Assembly (NCBI GenBank): GCA_050012475.1
Contig: JBEKHC010000006.1
Location: 1 to 64,000, forward strand
DNA from: Candidatus Velthaea sp.
GTDB taxonomy: Bacteria; Vulcanimicrobiota; Vulcanimicrobiia; Vulcanimicrobiales; Vulcanimicrobiaceae
Length of the DNA stretch: 64,000 bases
Direction of reading: 5' to 3'
In this document: piece by piece, positions 19,310-30,160 of the stretch
Layout of the letters: every line of letters starts with the position of its first letter
Numbering within the stretch: position 1 is the stretch's first letter
Made by a program: the position numbers and the translations under genes
Notes under the pieces: generated by a model
Databases searched by the model: none
The model's input: only the letters and a program-made list of their open reading frames with translations
What the model was told of the DNA's origin: nothing

Positions 19310-20827
19310 TTAGACGACGGCCGCCGGCGAGCGCTCGAGCGCCTCGGCGACGTGGCGGCGTTGGACCTTCCCGGTTGCGGTTTTCGGAATCTCGCTGGTG
19401 ACATGAACGATGCTCGGCACTTTGAACGTCGCAAGACGCGTGCGAACGTGCGCGAGCACGTCCTCCGCCGTTACCCCCGGGCGCAGCACGAGCGCGGCCG
19501 CGACGGTCTCGCCATACTTTTCGTCCGGCGCGGCGTAGGCGACGGCATCGATGACGCCCGGATGCGAAAGCAGCGCTTCGTCAACCTCGAGCGGTGAGAT
19601 CTTCTCGCCGCCGCGGTTGATCGTTTCCTTGATCCGTCCCGCCAGCGTCAGATAGCCCTCCTCGTCGAGCATCCCACAATCGCCGGTGCGGAACCAGCCG
19701 TGAACGAACGCCTCGGCGTCGGCCTCCGGATTATTGTGATAGCCGGAGGCGACATTTCTTCCACGCACGACGACTTCGCCGACGACACCGGATCCGAGCA
19801 GATTGCCGGCCTCATCCATCGTCCGCACGTCGACGTTGGCGCCGATGCCCACCGAGCCCGGCCGGCGTTCGCCGTCGACCGGGAGCGGATTGGCGCACAT
19901 CTGATGCGACGCTTCGGTCATCGAATATGCCTCGATGACCGGAACGCCGAAGCGCGCTTCGAGCCGCAGCATCTCCGTCGGGGGCAGCGACGCGCTGCTG
20001 GAACGCATGAAACGCAGCGTGTGTTCCCCCGGCCCGGGCGCACCGTCCGTGTCCGCCCGCAGCAGCAGCGTGCGGTAAATGGTTGGCACGGCGCTCACGA
20101 TCGTCGCCCGGGCGCGCCGGACGTCGGGCCAGAAAGCCGATGCCGAGAAACGCTCGGGAACGATCTCGGTGGCACCCGCCAGCAGCGTCGCGAGCGTCGA
20201 GAAGACCAACCCGTGCACGTGGAACAGCGGCATCACGCACAGCGAGACGTCACGCGGCTCGATGTGGTACCAGCGCACGATGTTGCGCGCCGACGTGGTG
20301 AGGTTGGCATGGGTGAGCGGCACGCCTTTGGGGCGGCTCGTCGTGCCGCTGGTATGCAGGAACAGCGCGACGTCCTCGTCGAGCGGCGTCGCGACCGGCG
20401 CATCGAGGATCAAGGGGACGCCGTCGAGCACGAGCGTGTTTTGAATGTCGAGATTCAGCTCGATGATCGCGATGTTCAGCGCGGTTGCGGCTTCCCGCGC
20501 CAATGGCGCCGCGCCCGGCAAGACGATGAGCGCTTTGGGTGCGATGTCCTCGAGATAAAACGCGTATTCGTCGCGCGTGTACGCCGGATTGAGCGGTGCG
20601 GCGACCGCGCGGGCGCAGGCGACCCCGAAGAATGTCAGCACGATTCGGGGGCCGTTCGGCAGCGAGATGGCGACGCGGTCGCCGGGCGCGATGCCGCGGT
20701 CTTGCAGCGCACGCGCCAGCGCATCGACGTTGGCCCGCATGCGCGCGTAGGTGAGATCGATGCGGACGAGTTGCCGCAGTGCAAGCCGGTCGGACGCGCC
20801 GGTCTCGAGCAGTTCGCGTAATTGCAT
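19310..20827 (-). CDS. Acyl-CoA synthetase, probable oxalate-CoA ligase
   Basis: LFLHTSGTTSRPKGVPLTH, PLFHVHGL, EAYSMTEASHQM, PKTATGK; translationally coupled to oxlT. Confidence 0.85.
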   Translation of the reverse strand: MQLRELLETGASDRLALRQLVRIDLTYARMRANVDALARALQDRGIAPGDRVAISLPNGPRIVLTFFGVACARAVAAPLNPAYTRDEYAFYLEDIAPKALIVLPGAAPLAREAATALNIAIIELNLDIQNTLVLDGVPLILDAPVATPLDEDVALFLHTSGTTSRPKGVPLTHANLTTSARNIVRWYHIEPRDVSLCVMPLFHVHGLVFSTLATLLAGATEIVPERFSASAFWPDVRRARATIVSAVPTIYRTLLLRADTDGAPGPGEHTLRFMRSSSASLPPTEMLRLEARFGVPVIEAYSMTEASHQMCANPLPVDGERRPGSVGIGANVDVRTMDEAGNLLGSGVVGEVVVRGRNVASGYHNNPEADAEAFVHGWFRTGDCGMLDEEGYLTLAGRIKETINRGGEKISPLEVDEALLSHPGVIDAVAYAAPDEKYGETVAAALVLRPGVTAEDVLAHVRTRLATFKVPSIVHVTSEIPKTATGKVQRRHVAEALERSPAAVV

Positions 20828-22104
20828 CAGTCGATCACCGAAGCCAGCCGCGCGTCGGCGGTCAGCCTCCCCGTGAGCGTCACCTGTGTTTGACGACGCA
20901 GCGGTTTGAGCGCGAAGACCGCCAGCAGCGCCGTAACGACATTGAAGGCGATGATGATCTCGAAGATCGCGTTCCACGAACCCGTCACCACCGTGACGTA
21001 ACTCCCGATCGGCACCAGCAACGCAGCGACCCCCTTAGCGGTATAGAGTAGGCCGTAGTTGATCGTCGCGAAACGACGGCCGAAGATGTCCGTGCAGACG
21101 GCCGGAAAGAGACTGTAGATCTCGCCGGCGGTAAAGAACGTCAGGCCCGAGAGGACGACGAACAAGGCGGCATCGTGGGCAACCGACAGCAGCGCGACGA
21201 TCGCGATGGCCTGCAGCCCGAAGGCTACGGCCATCGTGTTCTCGCGTCCGATCCGATCCGAGATCGCACCGAACACCGGCCGGCTCAGACCGTTGAAGAT
21301 GCGGTCCAGCGCGAGCGCGAACGGCAGCGCCGCCAGCGTGATGCCCAACAGCGAAACCGGTGTGTCGGCAATCTTGAAATCGGTGGCCATCACCGAAAGC
21401 TGGGCCGTGATCATCAGCCCGCCGGTCGCGATCATGACGAACATGCCATAGAGTAGATAAAAAGCGGGCGTACGCAGTACGACTTTTGGGGGCGCTCCGG
21501 CATCGGCACGCGCCGGGATCCCCGGCGCATGGTCGTCGGCGACGGCGACGGGCGGCTTGACGAGCAGCGCCGCGACGGCCACCACCACCAGCCCTTGGAT
21601 CGCGCCGAACACGGTAAACGTCGCGTGATACCCGCTCGATTTGATCATCTGCGCGATCGGAATGACCGTCAGCGCGGAACCGGCGCCGAATCCGCCGGCA
21701 GTGAGGCCCGCGGCAAAACCGCGCCGGTCGGGAAACCACTTCACCGCATTGCCGATCGTCGCGCCGTAGATAATGCCGGCGCCGACCCCGCCCAAAACGG
21801 CGCCCAAATACAGGATCCCCAGGGTCGCCGCCTTGGCGTCGATGAGCCAGGCGGCGCCGACTAGAATTCCGCCGAGTGCGACCATCGGACGCAGTCCGAA
21901 CCGATCGATGAAGTAACCCTCGACGGGCACCAGCCAAGTTTCGGCGAGCACGAACAGGGTGAAGGCGAGTTGAATTGCACCCTTGGACCAGCCATGATGT
22001 TCGGCCGCCAGCGGGGGAACGAAAAGCGTCCAGCCGTACTGGAGGTTGGCGACCATGACCATGGCGAGGATGCCCAGCGCGAGCTGGACCCACCGATTCT
22101 TCAA
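20827..22104 (-). CDS. oxlT: Oxalate/formate MFS antiporter
   Basis: NRWVQL...ANLQYGWTLFV, KWFPDRRG, LLYTAKG; TTG start with GGAGG RBS. Confidence 0.92.
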   Translation of the reverse strand: MKNRWVQLALGILAMVMVANLQYGWTLFVPPLAAEHHGWSKGAIQLAFTLFVLAETWLVPVEGYFIDRFGLRPMVALGGILVGAAWLIDAKAATLGILYLGAVLGGVGAGIIYGATIGNAVKWFPDRRGFAAGLTAGGFGAGSALTVIPIAQMIKSSGYHATFTVFGAIQGLVVVAVAALLVKPPVAVADDHAPGIPARADAGAPPKVVLRTPAFYLLYGMFVMIATGGLMITAQLSVMATDFKIADTPVSLLGITLAALPFALALDRIFNGLSRPVFGAISDRIGRENTMAVAFGLQAIAIVALLSVAHDAALFVVLSGLTFFTAGEIYSLFPAVCTDIFGRRFATINYGLLYTAKGVAALLVPIGSYVTVVTGSWNAIFEIIIAFNVVTALLAVFALKPLRRQTQVTLTGRLTADARLASVID

Positions 22105-22128
22105 ACCAATCCTCCGCAAGGAGCCCTT

Positions 22129-23106
22129 TTGAAACTTGCCGTTGTCGGTGCTGGGGCGATTGGCGCCTACGTCGGGGCGGCCCTGGCCCGGGGGGGAGCC
22201 GACGTCACGCTGGTCGCCCGCGGCCCGCACCTGCAGGCGTTACGCGCGCACGGTGTGCGGGTGCACAGCGAACGCGGTGACTTTGCCGCGCATCCGAAGG
22301 CCGTCGAACGGATCGCCGAGGTAGGCCGCGTCGACGCGGTGATCTTGGCGCTCAAGGCGCATCAGCTCGGCGACGTCCTCGCCGGGCTGCCCGCGCTCTT
22401 TCACGAACGGACGATGGTCGTCGGGATGCAGAACGGGCTGCCCTGGTGGTATTTTCAGCGTCACGGAGGCCCGTACGACGGCATGATTCTCGAGAGCGTC
22501 GATCCCGGCGGGCGGATCTCCGCAGTGATCGACGCCCGCCGCGTGATCGGCTGCGTGGTCTATGCGGCGACCGAAATCGCGTCGCCGGGCGTGATCCGCC
22601 ACGTGGAGGGGACCCGCTTTTCGCTGGGCGAGCCGGATCGCACGATCTCCGAACGCAGCCGCGAACTCGCCGCGGCCTTCGTCGCCGGCGGCCTCAAGGC
22701 GCCGGTTGAACGCGAGATTCGCGCCGAAATCTGGCTCAAGCTGTTGGGAAACGCGTCCTTCAATCCGCTCAGCGCGCTCACGCGCGCCACGCTGGTCGAG
22801 TTGACCGACGACCCGTTCGTCGAACCGCTGGTCCGCGAAATGATGGTCGAATGCGTCGCGCTGGCAAACGCGCTGGGCGTGACGCTCGACATCACGATCG
22901 AGCGCCGCATCGACGGGGCGCGCCGGGTCGGCGCCCACAAAACGTCGATGCTGCAAGACCTCGAGGCGCGCAAGCCGCTCGAAACCGAAGCCCTCGTCGG
23001 CTGCATCGTCGAACTAGGGACGAAGCTGGGCATCCCCGTGCCGGCGACCCGCCACGTGTACGCGCTCACCAAACTGCTGGAGCGTTCGATCCGCGCTGGA
23101 CGTTGA
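22129..23106 (+). CDS. Ketopantoate reductase family protein (PanE-like; possible oxalyl-CoA reductase)
   Basis: VVGAGAIG, QNGLPWWYF, WLKLLGN..FNP, KTSMLQD; TTG start with AAGGAG. Confidence 0.88.
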   Translation: MKLAVVGAGAIGAYVGAALARGGADVTLVARGPHLQALRAHGVRVHSERGDFAAHPKAVERIAEVGRVDAVILALKAHQLGDVLAGLPALFHERTMVVGMQNGLPWWYFQRHGGPYDGMILESVDPGGRISAVIDARRVIGCVVYAATEIASPGVIRHVEGTRFSLGEPDRTISERSRELAAAFVAGGLKAPVEREIRAEIWLKLLGNASFNPLSALTRATLVELTDDPFVEPLVREMMVECVALANALGVTLDITIERRIDGARRVGAHKTSMLQDLEARKPLETEALVGCIVELGTKLGIPVPATRHVYALTKLLERSIRAGR

Positions 23107-23351
23107 GCCGCGGATTACTTTGCGGGCAGGACGATCGCGGTGAGCTGATGCGAGTCGTCGTGCGCGACGACATAACGGAACAGCGTGTCGACGGCCACGC
23201 AGCTCTTGGCCGCCGGCGCAAACGCTGCAGCCGACACCGCGCTATCTCGCAAACAACGCGAGGCTGACCTTCTTGTTCCATCATATCGAGCGATAAATAA
23301 GACGTATCGACCGCATCGATGCGCAGCCGGACATGCTTTTTCGGGTAGGTT

Positions 23352-24458
23352 CTACGACGTTGCCCGGCGGGCAAACCGGACGCTGGCCGCGACCAGCAGC
23401 AGGGTCGCCAAGGCCAGCATCGCGAGGACCGGCTGCCACAGTTCGCCCAGGCCCGCGCCGCGCAAAACGATCCCGCGCAAGATCTCCAAAAAATACGTCA
23501 ACGGGATCACGTCGCCCAACCACTGCATCACCGGCGGCATGAGCGGCCGTTCGAAAAAGAAACCGGAAAGCAGAATCGACGGCAGCGTCAGCGCGAAGAC
23601 CCCGAGCATCGCTTGGACTTGCGTTTCGGCTATGGTCGAGACCAACAGGCCCATGCCCAGCGCCGCGGCCAGAAAGCCGACCGCCAGCAGCAACAACAGC
23701 GGAATGCTGCCTGCGATGGGGACGCGGAAGACCACGTTCATCGCCAAGAGCGCCAGCAGAAAATCCACGAAGCCGATCACCGCATAGGGCGTGATCTTTC
23801 CCAGCATGAGACCGAGCGCGCCGATGGGCGTGACCATCAGCTGATCGAGCGTGCCGCGTTCGCGCTCGCCCACGATCGAGAGTGCGGTGAGAAACATCGT
23901 GATGAGCTGCATGATGACGCCGATGAGACCCGGGACGAGAAAGTTTGCGCTGCGCAGAGCCGGGTTGAACAAGACCCGCGGCCGCACGTCGAGGATCGCC
24001 GGCGGCATCCCGCTCAACGCGCCGCCAATCGCCGTCGCTGCCGCATAAGCGGGCTGCGCGACCGTCGAATCGGAGCCATCGATGAGCGCCTGTACTTGGG
24101 CGGGATGACGCGCGTCGAGATCCGCGGTGAAGTTGGGCGGGATGTCGAACGCGACGCGGCAGGTGCCCGAGACGATCAGTTGCTCGAGTTGCGCACGCGA
24201 CGCCGCAACGTCGCTCACGTCGAAGATCTTCGAACCCCGCAGCGCATCGATGAATGCGACCGAACGCGTTCCGCGATCTTCGTTGAAAACGGCGGTGCGG
24301 ATATGTTCGACTTTGGTATTGATGGCGTACCCGAAAATGATCAACTGCACGACGGGCAGCATGAACGAGATGATCAGCGTCAGCCGGTCGCGCATGACGT
24401 GGCGACCTTCTTTGTACAGGACGGCGCGAAAGCCGCCGGTATCGAAGGGGTTGCGCAT
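23352..24458 (-). CDS. ABC-2 exporter permease (YbhR/S-like)
   Basis: ERERGTLDQL, GKITPY, PLTYF; multiple TM helices. Confidence 0.92.
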   Translation of the reverse strand: MRNPFDTGGFRAVLYKEGRHVMRDRLTLIISFMLPVVQLIIFGYAINTKVEHIRTAVFNEDRGTRSVAFIDALRGSKIFDVSDVAASRAQLEQLIVSGTCRVAFDIPPNFTADLDARHPAQVQALIDGSDSTVAQPAYAAATAIGGALSGMPPAILDVRPRVLFNPALRSANFLVPGLIGVIMQLITMFLTALSIVGERERGTLDQLMVTPIGALGLMLGKITPYAVIGFVDFLLALLAMNVVFRVPIAGSIPLLLLLAVGFLAAALGMGLLVSTIAETQVQAMLGVFALTLPSILLSGFFFERPLMPPVMQWLGDVIPLTYFLEILRGIVLRGAGLGELWQPVLAMLALATLLLVAASVRFARRATS

Positions 24459-25396
24459 CAGGTTTTGCGGTGCGCGCGCGTGAGCGCGACGAAGACGTCT
24501 TCGAGCGTCGGCTCGATGTCTTGCACGGATTCAACGGGGACGTGAAGATCGCCGGCCAGCCGTTCGCGCGTTGTGGTGTCGTCGACGAGCACGTGCAGCT
24601 CCTGACCGAATATCGTCGCATCGCGAACATACGCGATCTGCCGTGCTTCGCCGAGCGCCTGCACGACGTCGCGGCAATGGGCTTGATAGCGGCGCGTCGC
24701 GGCGGGCGAGACCTCGGGCCGCGCCCGCAGCTCGTCACGCGAACCGGCGGCGACGAGCTGACCGTCCAAGATATAGCCGACCCGGTTGCAGCGTTCGGCT
24801 TCATCCATGTAGTGCGTCGTGACGAACAGCGCAACCCCGCCGCGGCTGAGCGCGAAGAGCAAATCCCAGAGCTCGCGGCGCGCCACCGGATCGATCCCGG
24901 CCGTCGGCTCATCGAGAAACACCACGCGCGGTTCGTGCAGCAGGGCGCCGGCAAGCGCCAAGCGCTGCTTCCAACCCCCCGAGAGCGTGGCTGCGAGTTG
25001 GTCGCGGTACGGCTCGAGTGCCGAGAAGGCAACGAGTTCTTCGATGCGCTGCGCGCGTTTGGCCGTCGAAAGACCGTAGGCGCGGCCATAGAACTGTAAG
25101 TTCTCGAACACCGTGAGATCGCCGTAGAGCGCAAACGATTGCGACATGTAGCCGATCGAGCGGCGGACGTCGTCGCCCTGAGCTTCGATATCGAAGCCGC
25201 AGACGCTCGCCGTTCCGGATGTCGGCTGAACCAGACCGCACAGCATCTTTATCGTGGTCGACTTGCCGCTGCCGTTCGGCCCCAGAAAACCGAAGATCTC
25301 GCCTTCGCGGACGGCCAGTGAAAGCGCGTCGACCACGACCTTCGAGCCGTACTGTTTTTTGAGCGCGCGCGTTTCGATCGCGATCCGATCGATCAC
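24458..25396 (-). CDS. ABC exporter ATP-binding protein
   Basis: GPNGSGKST, LSGGWKQR, LDEPT, TTHYMDE. Confidence 0.95.
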   Translation of the reverse strand: MIDRIAIETRALKKQYGSKVVVDALSLAVREGEIFGFLGPNGSGKSTTIKMLCGLVQPTSGTASVCGFDIEAQGDDVRRSIGYMSQSFALYGDLTVFENLQFYGRAYGLSTAKRAQRIEELVAFSALEPYRDQLAATLSGGWKQRLALAGALLHEPRVVFLDEPTAGIDPVARRELWDLLFALSRGGVALFVTTHYMDEAERCNRVGYILDGQLVAAGSRDELRARPEVSPAATRRYQAHCRDVVQALGEARQIAYVRDATIFGQELHVLVDDTTTRERLAGDLHVPVESVQDIEPTLEDVFVALTRAHRKT

Positions 25397-26505
25397 GGCA
25401 GCGCGACCGCCGCCGTCGTTCCGCCGTGTACGCGGCCGGCGCGGTCGTGGATGCGCACTTTCACGCCGAAGGCCAACGTAGCGCGATCTTCCGCGGTCTG
25501 CACGCTTTGCGGCGTGAACTGCGCTTGTTCGTCGATTTGCTCGATCGTGCCCGCGAGCTTCACGCCGGGTTGCGAATCGGGATAGACCGCGACGTCGGCG
25601 CCGACGTTCGCGCGCGCGAGCAGCGACTGCGGAACGAAGATGCGCACGAACGGTTCACCGTCTTCGTCGATCGTGGCGACGGCGGCACCCGGCGCGACGA
25701 GGTCGCCGACGTGCAGGTTCAGCGCGCTCACGATACCGTCGGCGGGAGCGCGAACTTCGGTGTCGTTCAAGCGCGCCCGGGCGTTTGCGACACCGCTGTT
25801 CCCCGCGGCAAGCGTCGCTGCAGCCTGGCGAATTGCGTCGGGCCGTGCGCCTGCCGCCAGCGAGCGATACGCGTTTTGCGATGCATCGAACGAGGCCTTG
25901 GCGGCCGCGGTATCGCGCGGCAGCGTCACGTTTTGGGCCTGCTCGAGTTCCCGCTCGGCGTTGCGCACGCCGGCGCGAGCGGCATCGGCCTGCGCGCTCG
26001 TGCGCACGGCCCGCGCGACCGCCGCGTCGCGTTGTTGTGCCGAAACGTCCCCGGTGACGAACAGCGCGCGCGTCCGCACGGCATCCCGGCGCGCTTGTTC
26101 GCCGTCGGCGAGCACGTCGGCGAGTTGCGCCCGCGCCTGGGCGAGGTCTCCGCGCAGAATGCTTATCTGACGGGCTTGCGAAAGGCGCGTGCGCTCGAAC
26201 GTTTCGCGGGCTTCGCGAGCTTGATCGTTGGCGCGGGCAAGATCTTCGGCGCGGGTGCCGGCGCGCAGATCCGCGAGCGCGGCTGCCGCCGCAGACGCCT
26301 GCTGCCGCGCCGCTTCGAGCGCCGCCCGCTCTTGCGCGTCATCGAATCGGACCACCAGTTGGCCGCGGCGCACCCGCCGGCCGTCCTGCACCGCTACCAA
26401 CGTGACCCGGCCGCCGATCGGGCTCCCGACGGCGGCACTTTCCGCCTGAACGGTTCCGCTGAAGAGATCGCCGTTCGCGCGCGCACAGGCGGCAAGCCCG
26501 AGCAA
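25393..26505 (-). CDS. HlyD-family membrane fusion protein
   Basis: Hairpin coiled coil; VRAPADG; AQFTPQSVQT; start uncertain. Confidence 0.9.
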   Translation of the reverse strand: MLGLAACARANGDLFSGTVQAESAAVGSPIGGRVTLVAVQDGRRVRRGQLVVRFDDAQERAALEAARQQASAAAAALADLRAGTRAEDLARANDQAREARETFERTRLSQARQISILRGDLAQARAQLADVLADGEQARRDAVRTRALFVTGDVSAQQRDAAVARAVRTSAQADAARAGVRNAERELEQAQNVTLPRDTAAAKASFDASQNAYRSLAAGARPDAIRQAAATLAAGNSGVANARARLNDTEVRAPADGIVSALNLHVGDLVAPGAAVATIDEDGEPFVRIFVPQSLLARANVGADVAVYPDSQPGVKLAGTIEQIDEQAQFTPQSVQTAEDRATLAFGVKVRIHDRAGRVHGGTTAAVALP

Positions 26506-26637
26506 TGCGCCCAGGCTGATACGTGCGAGGTTCGAGAGCGTTCGGGTTCGCCGCGGCTTGTACGTAAGTGGTCGTTTCCTTGCCGATGTCCTTAGCTTGG
26601 AACGCAGCGTCGACCTCGATGGCCCGCCGGCGTCAGC

Positions 26638-27246
26638 TCACCAGCGAATTTCAAACGTGCAGCTCGGCGCGCCGCGTGCCTCGCAGTCCACCTCGACGGC
26701 CCGGGCCCGGGCCGTCACCAGCGCGCGGAACAGCCCCTCGAACGACGCGGCGTAGTAGCTGCACGCCGGGGCCTGCGCCCGCGAGCCGCGACAAACGGGG
26801 CACCCTTCGATCGCGATCCGCGGCGGACGGCCGCCGCGGACGCGCACCGCCCCGCTGCCGGCGAACGTCCAGGTATGCTTGGTGATCGATGCAAGCAAAA
26901 TGGGCGCGACCAAACGCGGCGGCAGCAGCCGCAACAGCGTCTGGGCCGGGCGCGGGATGCGATTGGCCAGCACGTAGTCGGCAGTTTTGTAGCCCGCGAG
27001 CCGCGCCACGAGGTCCGCGTCGATTCCGTCGAGCCGCAGCCGGACGACGCGATAAAGCTCGCTGACGTCGGCTTCGGGAACCATCGTCGAAGGCACGGCG
27101 ACGCCGTACTCACCCAACCCGGCGGCGTGCAACAACTCGCCCGTTGCGGAAGCCCCGATGCGCTCCCGCAACGCTGCGAGGGTCTGGATAATCGCGTTGG
27201 GCCCGATGCGTGCCGATTCGGCGGCAACCGCCGGCCGCGTCACCAC
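26638..27246 (-). CDS. bchJ: BchJ (V4R-domain protein of bacteriochlorophyll synthesis)
   Basis: RIGPNAIIQ, TADYVLANRIP, HTWTFAGSG, CEARGAPSCTFEI; immediately after bchE. Confidence 0.93.
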   Translation of the reverse strand: MVTRPAVAAESARIGPNAIIQTLAALRERIGASATGELLHAAGLGEYGVAVPSTMVPEADVSELYRVVRLRLDGIDADLVARLAGYKTADYVLANRIPRPAQTLLRLLPPRLVAPILLASITKHTWTFAGSGAVRVRGGRPPRIAIEGCPVCRGSRAQAPACSYYAASFEGLFRALVTARARAVEVDCEARGAPSCTFEIRW

Positions 27247-28944
27247 CTAATGCGTGCCGGCGGACCCGGCGATGCCTTCGGCCTGCTCCAGCGTCGCGAG
27301 CTCGGGCAAGTCGTTGGGTGCCCCGCAGACGTTCGCCGTGTCGTGCTCGGGGAGGCCGCCCGGCGCGCCGCACGCGCTCACCAGCGAGGTCGTGGTGTTC
27401 GCGCGGCCCTTGTAATTGACGTCCGCGCTCAGCTCGGGCTTCGCTGCTTTGAGGGCCGCGATCTGCTCGCGGCTGAGCACTTTGGCGGTATCGAAGCCGA
27501 AATCGACATCGGTGCGGTTCCCGCGGAACTTGAGCCGCTCGAGATCGTAGAACTTCTTGGTCGCCGTGCTCTTCAGAAACGCTTTGAGGCAGCCGAGCAT
27601 GTAGCGGCGTTTGAGATTGTCGCCCTTGATCATGAGATACTCGAAGAACGCCTTGTGCATGTAGAAGCGCGCGTAATTGCGCAGCACGCCTTTGAGCACG
27701 TCGGCGCGTTCCATCTCGTCGGGCTTCATGATGGGCGTGACAAAATTGTACTTGGCGTAGTCGCGAACTTCGACGCGGTCGCCGAGATCCTCGAACAACT
27801 CGGCGAACGGCCACGGCGTATACATGTTCCAATTCGCCATGTCGGTCTTCCAGTCACGCGCGTAGCGGTACGTTTCCTCGATCGTCTCTTTCGTTTCGCC
27901 TTCGAGACCGATGATAAACTGCGCTTCGGCAACGATGCCCGCTTCGCGAATGAGTCGAATCGCCTTCTTGTTTTGTTCGATCGTCGTCTGCTTGCGGAAC
28001 AGATCGAGCTTCATCTGCGCGGCTGCTTCGGTGCCGAGCGAGATGTGCAGCAGCCCGGCCTTGCGGTACAGCGGCAGCAGATCGGCGTCGCGCAAAATGT
28101 CGGTCACGCGCGTGTTGATGCCCCAATACACGGGAATCTTGCGCTTGATGAGCTCCTCGCAGAGTTCGATGAACTTCTTGCGGTTGATCGTCGGCTCTTC
28201 GTCGGCCAGAATGAAAAAGCCGACGTTATAATCGCGAACGAGGATCTCGATCTCGTCGACGAATTTCTTGGGATCGCGCGTGCGGTATTTGCGCCAGAAT
28301 TTCCACTGCGAGCAGAAGCGGCACGTGAACGGGCAGCCGCGCGCGAAGTTCGGTACCGCAACGCGGCAGTTGAGCGGGATGTAAATATACTTGTCCCACT
28401 TCAAAATGCTCCAATCCGGCGTGAGCGTGTCGAGGTTCTCGATCACCGGGCGGGCCGGAGTCGCGATGAGCTTGCCGTCTTCGAGAAACGCGAGGCCTTG
28501 GATATTCGCGCGATCGGTTTTGTCGGTTCGCGCGTCGATCGAGCGCAACAGTTCGACGATGATCTCTTCGCCTTCGCCGCGCACGATGTAGTCGATCCAC
28601 GGCGCCTCGGACAGCACCTGCGCGTACATGAACGTCGGATGGATCCCGCCCAAGATCGTGACCGCGCCGGGAACCGCTTCTCTCGCGAGCTTGAGCGTCG
28701 TTTGCGCTTTGTAGATCATCGGCGTGATCGCCGTTGCCATCACGATATCCGGCTTCTTTTCGCGGATCATTTCGCGCAGCTGGTCGTCCTCGATGTGAAA
28801 CGCCATGGCGTCGAGGAACGTGACGTCGTCGAAGCCGGCATGTTTGAGCGCGCCGCCGATGTAGGCCGCCCAACCCGGAGGCCAATTTCCCGCAATCTCC
28901 GCGCCCCCGGCGTGGTAGTTGGGTTGGATCATCAAGATGCGCAT
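27247..28944 (-). CDS. bchE: Anaerobic Mg-protoporphyrin IX monomethyl ester oxidative cyclase
   Basis: [17 protein letters not shown]12-binding domain, [32 protein letters not shown]. Confidence 0.97.
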   Translation of the reverse strand: MRILMIQPNYHAGGAEIAGNWPPGWAAYIGGALKHAGFDDVTFLDAMAFHIEDDQLREMIREKKPDIVMATAITPMIYKAQTTLKLAREAVPGAVTILGGIHPTFMYAQVLSEAPWIDYIVRGEGEEIIVELLRSIDARTDKTDRANIQGLAFLEDGKLIATPARPVIENLDTLTPDWSILKWDKYIYIPLNCRVAVPNFARGCPFTCRFCSQWKFWRKYRTRDPKKFVDEIEILVRDYNVGFFILADEEPTINRKKFIELCEELIKRKIPVYWGINTRVTDILRDADLLPLYRKAGLLHISLGTEAAAQMKLDLFRKQTTIEQNKKAIRLIREAGIVAEAQFIIGLEGETKETIEETYRYARDWKTDMANWNMYTPWPFAELFEDLGDRVEVRDYAKYNFVTPIMKPDEMERADVLKGVLRNYARFYMHKAFFEYLMIKGDNLKRRYMLGCLKAFLKSTATKKFYDLERLKFRGNRTDVDFGFDTAKVLSREQIAALKAAKPELSADVNYKGRANTTTSLVSACGAPGGLPEHDTANVCGAPNDLPELATLEQAEGIAGSAGTH

Positions 28945-28972
28945 GAAGGCCTCACATTTGCGGCTGCGGTGA

Positions 28973-30160
28973 TCAAACGAGGACGATCTCGGCATCCCTG
29001 GCGATTTGCGCATCGCTGAGGTGACAGGCCGGATCAGGAGCCCACATATCGCCGCTTTCGGCAAGGGCGCGAGAGCGGCAATTTCCGCCGCAGAGGTCGA
29101 GATAACGGCACGCCGCGCAGCGGCCTTTGAGCCGCGGCAGCCGGTCGCGCAAATCGGCCAGCAATTCGCTGCTGGGATCGGTCCAAATTTCGCTGAATTT
29201 TCGGTCCTTGACGTTGCCCAAAGTCGCGCTCTGCCAGTGCCGATCGGGATGGACGTTCCCTTGCGAATCGATGTCGGCGATACCGACACCCGAGGACGAA
29301 CGGCCGCCGCCGGCGCAAGCCAGCGCCGTATACGCGCGGTCGGCGGCGTCCAGCCGGCCTTGCGCGCGCAGCATCAAATAGTAAAACGGGCCGTCGGCGT
29401 CATTGTCGGCCGTGAAGATCCGGCGCCGGTCACCCCGGTCGTCGAATTGCCGCGCTCGCCGCGCGATCGTACGCAGGGCTTGCCGAATGGCATGCCGAGA
29501 CGAGTCGGCTTGGGCATGTCCCCGGCTCGCAGCGACGACGTGCGCGAACGTGACGCGCTCGATCTGCAGGTCGTCGACGAAGTCGAAGATTGCGTCGAGC
29601 TCGCACAGCGTTTGCGGCGTTAACGTGAGCCGCAAACCGACGCACTGCCCAGCCGCCTTGCAATGATGAATACCTTGCAAAGCGCGTTCGAACGCCCGCC
29701 GCTTGCCGCAGTACACATCGTTGGCGGCGCCGATCCCCGCGATGGAGATCTCGACGGAAGCCACCCCGACGTCGCGAATACGGCGCGCAGTGTCGAGATC
29801 GAGCAGCGTGCCGTTCGTACACAGCGTCACGCTCAATCCGAGCGAGCACGCGTATTGCGCCAAATCGAGCGTATCGCGGCGGACCAGCGGTTCGCCGCCG
29901 GAAAAAGCCACCATCGGTACGCCGAATTCGGCCAGATCGTCGAGCAGCGCCCGCCCCTGGGCAGAGCTGAGTTCATCGGGATACGCCACGGCGCTCGAGT
30001 CGGTCTGGCAGCGGATGCACGCCAGATTGCACGTCCGCGTGAGGCTCCAAACGACGACCGGTTTGCGTCCCGCAACGCCGTCGGGCGAATCGCTGCCGCT
30101 GCGGCGGCGTCCAGCGCCGGGCAGCTCAGCGCCGCACACCAGCGCGGTAACGTCGATCAC
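28973..30160 (-). CDS. Radical SAM/SPASM protein, AhbC/NirJ-like
   Basis: [49 protein letters not shown]. Confidence 0.85.
   Translation of the reverse strand: MIDVTALVCGAELPGAGRRRSGSDSPDGVAGRKPVVVWSLTRTCNLACIRCQTDSSAVAYPDELSSAQGRALLDDLAEFGVPMVAFSGGEPLVRRDTLDLAQYACSLGLSVTLCTNGTLLDLDTARRIRDVGVASVEISIAGIGAANDVYCGKRRAFERALQGIHHCKAAGQCVGLRLTLTPQTLCELDAIFDFVDDLQIERVTFAHVVAASRGHAQADSSRHAIRQALRTIARRARQFDDRGDRRRIFTADNDADGPFYYLMLRAQGRLDAADRAYTALACAGGGRSSSGVGIADIDSQGNVHPDRHWQSATLGNVKDRKFSEIWTDPSSELLADLRDRLPRLKGRCAACRYLDLCGGNCRSRALAESGDMWAPDPACHLSDAQIARDAEIVLV

Noticed and set aside
23110..23290. Small minus-strand ORF ending LTAIVLPAK
   Set aside because: Looks like a frameshifted remnant with no supported start or family
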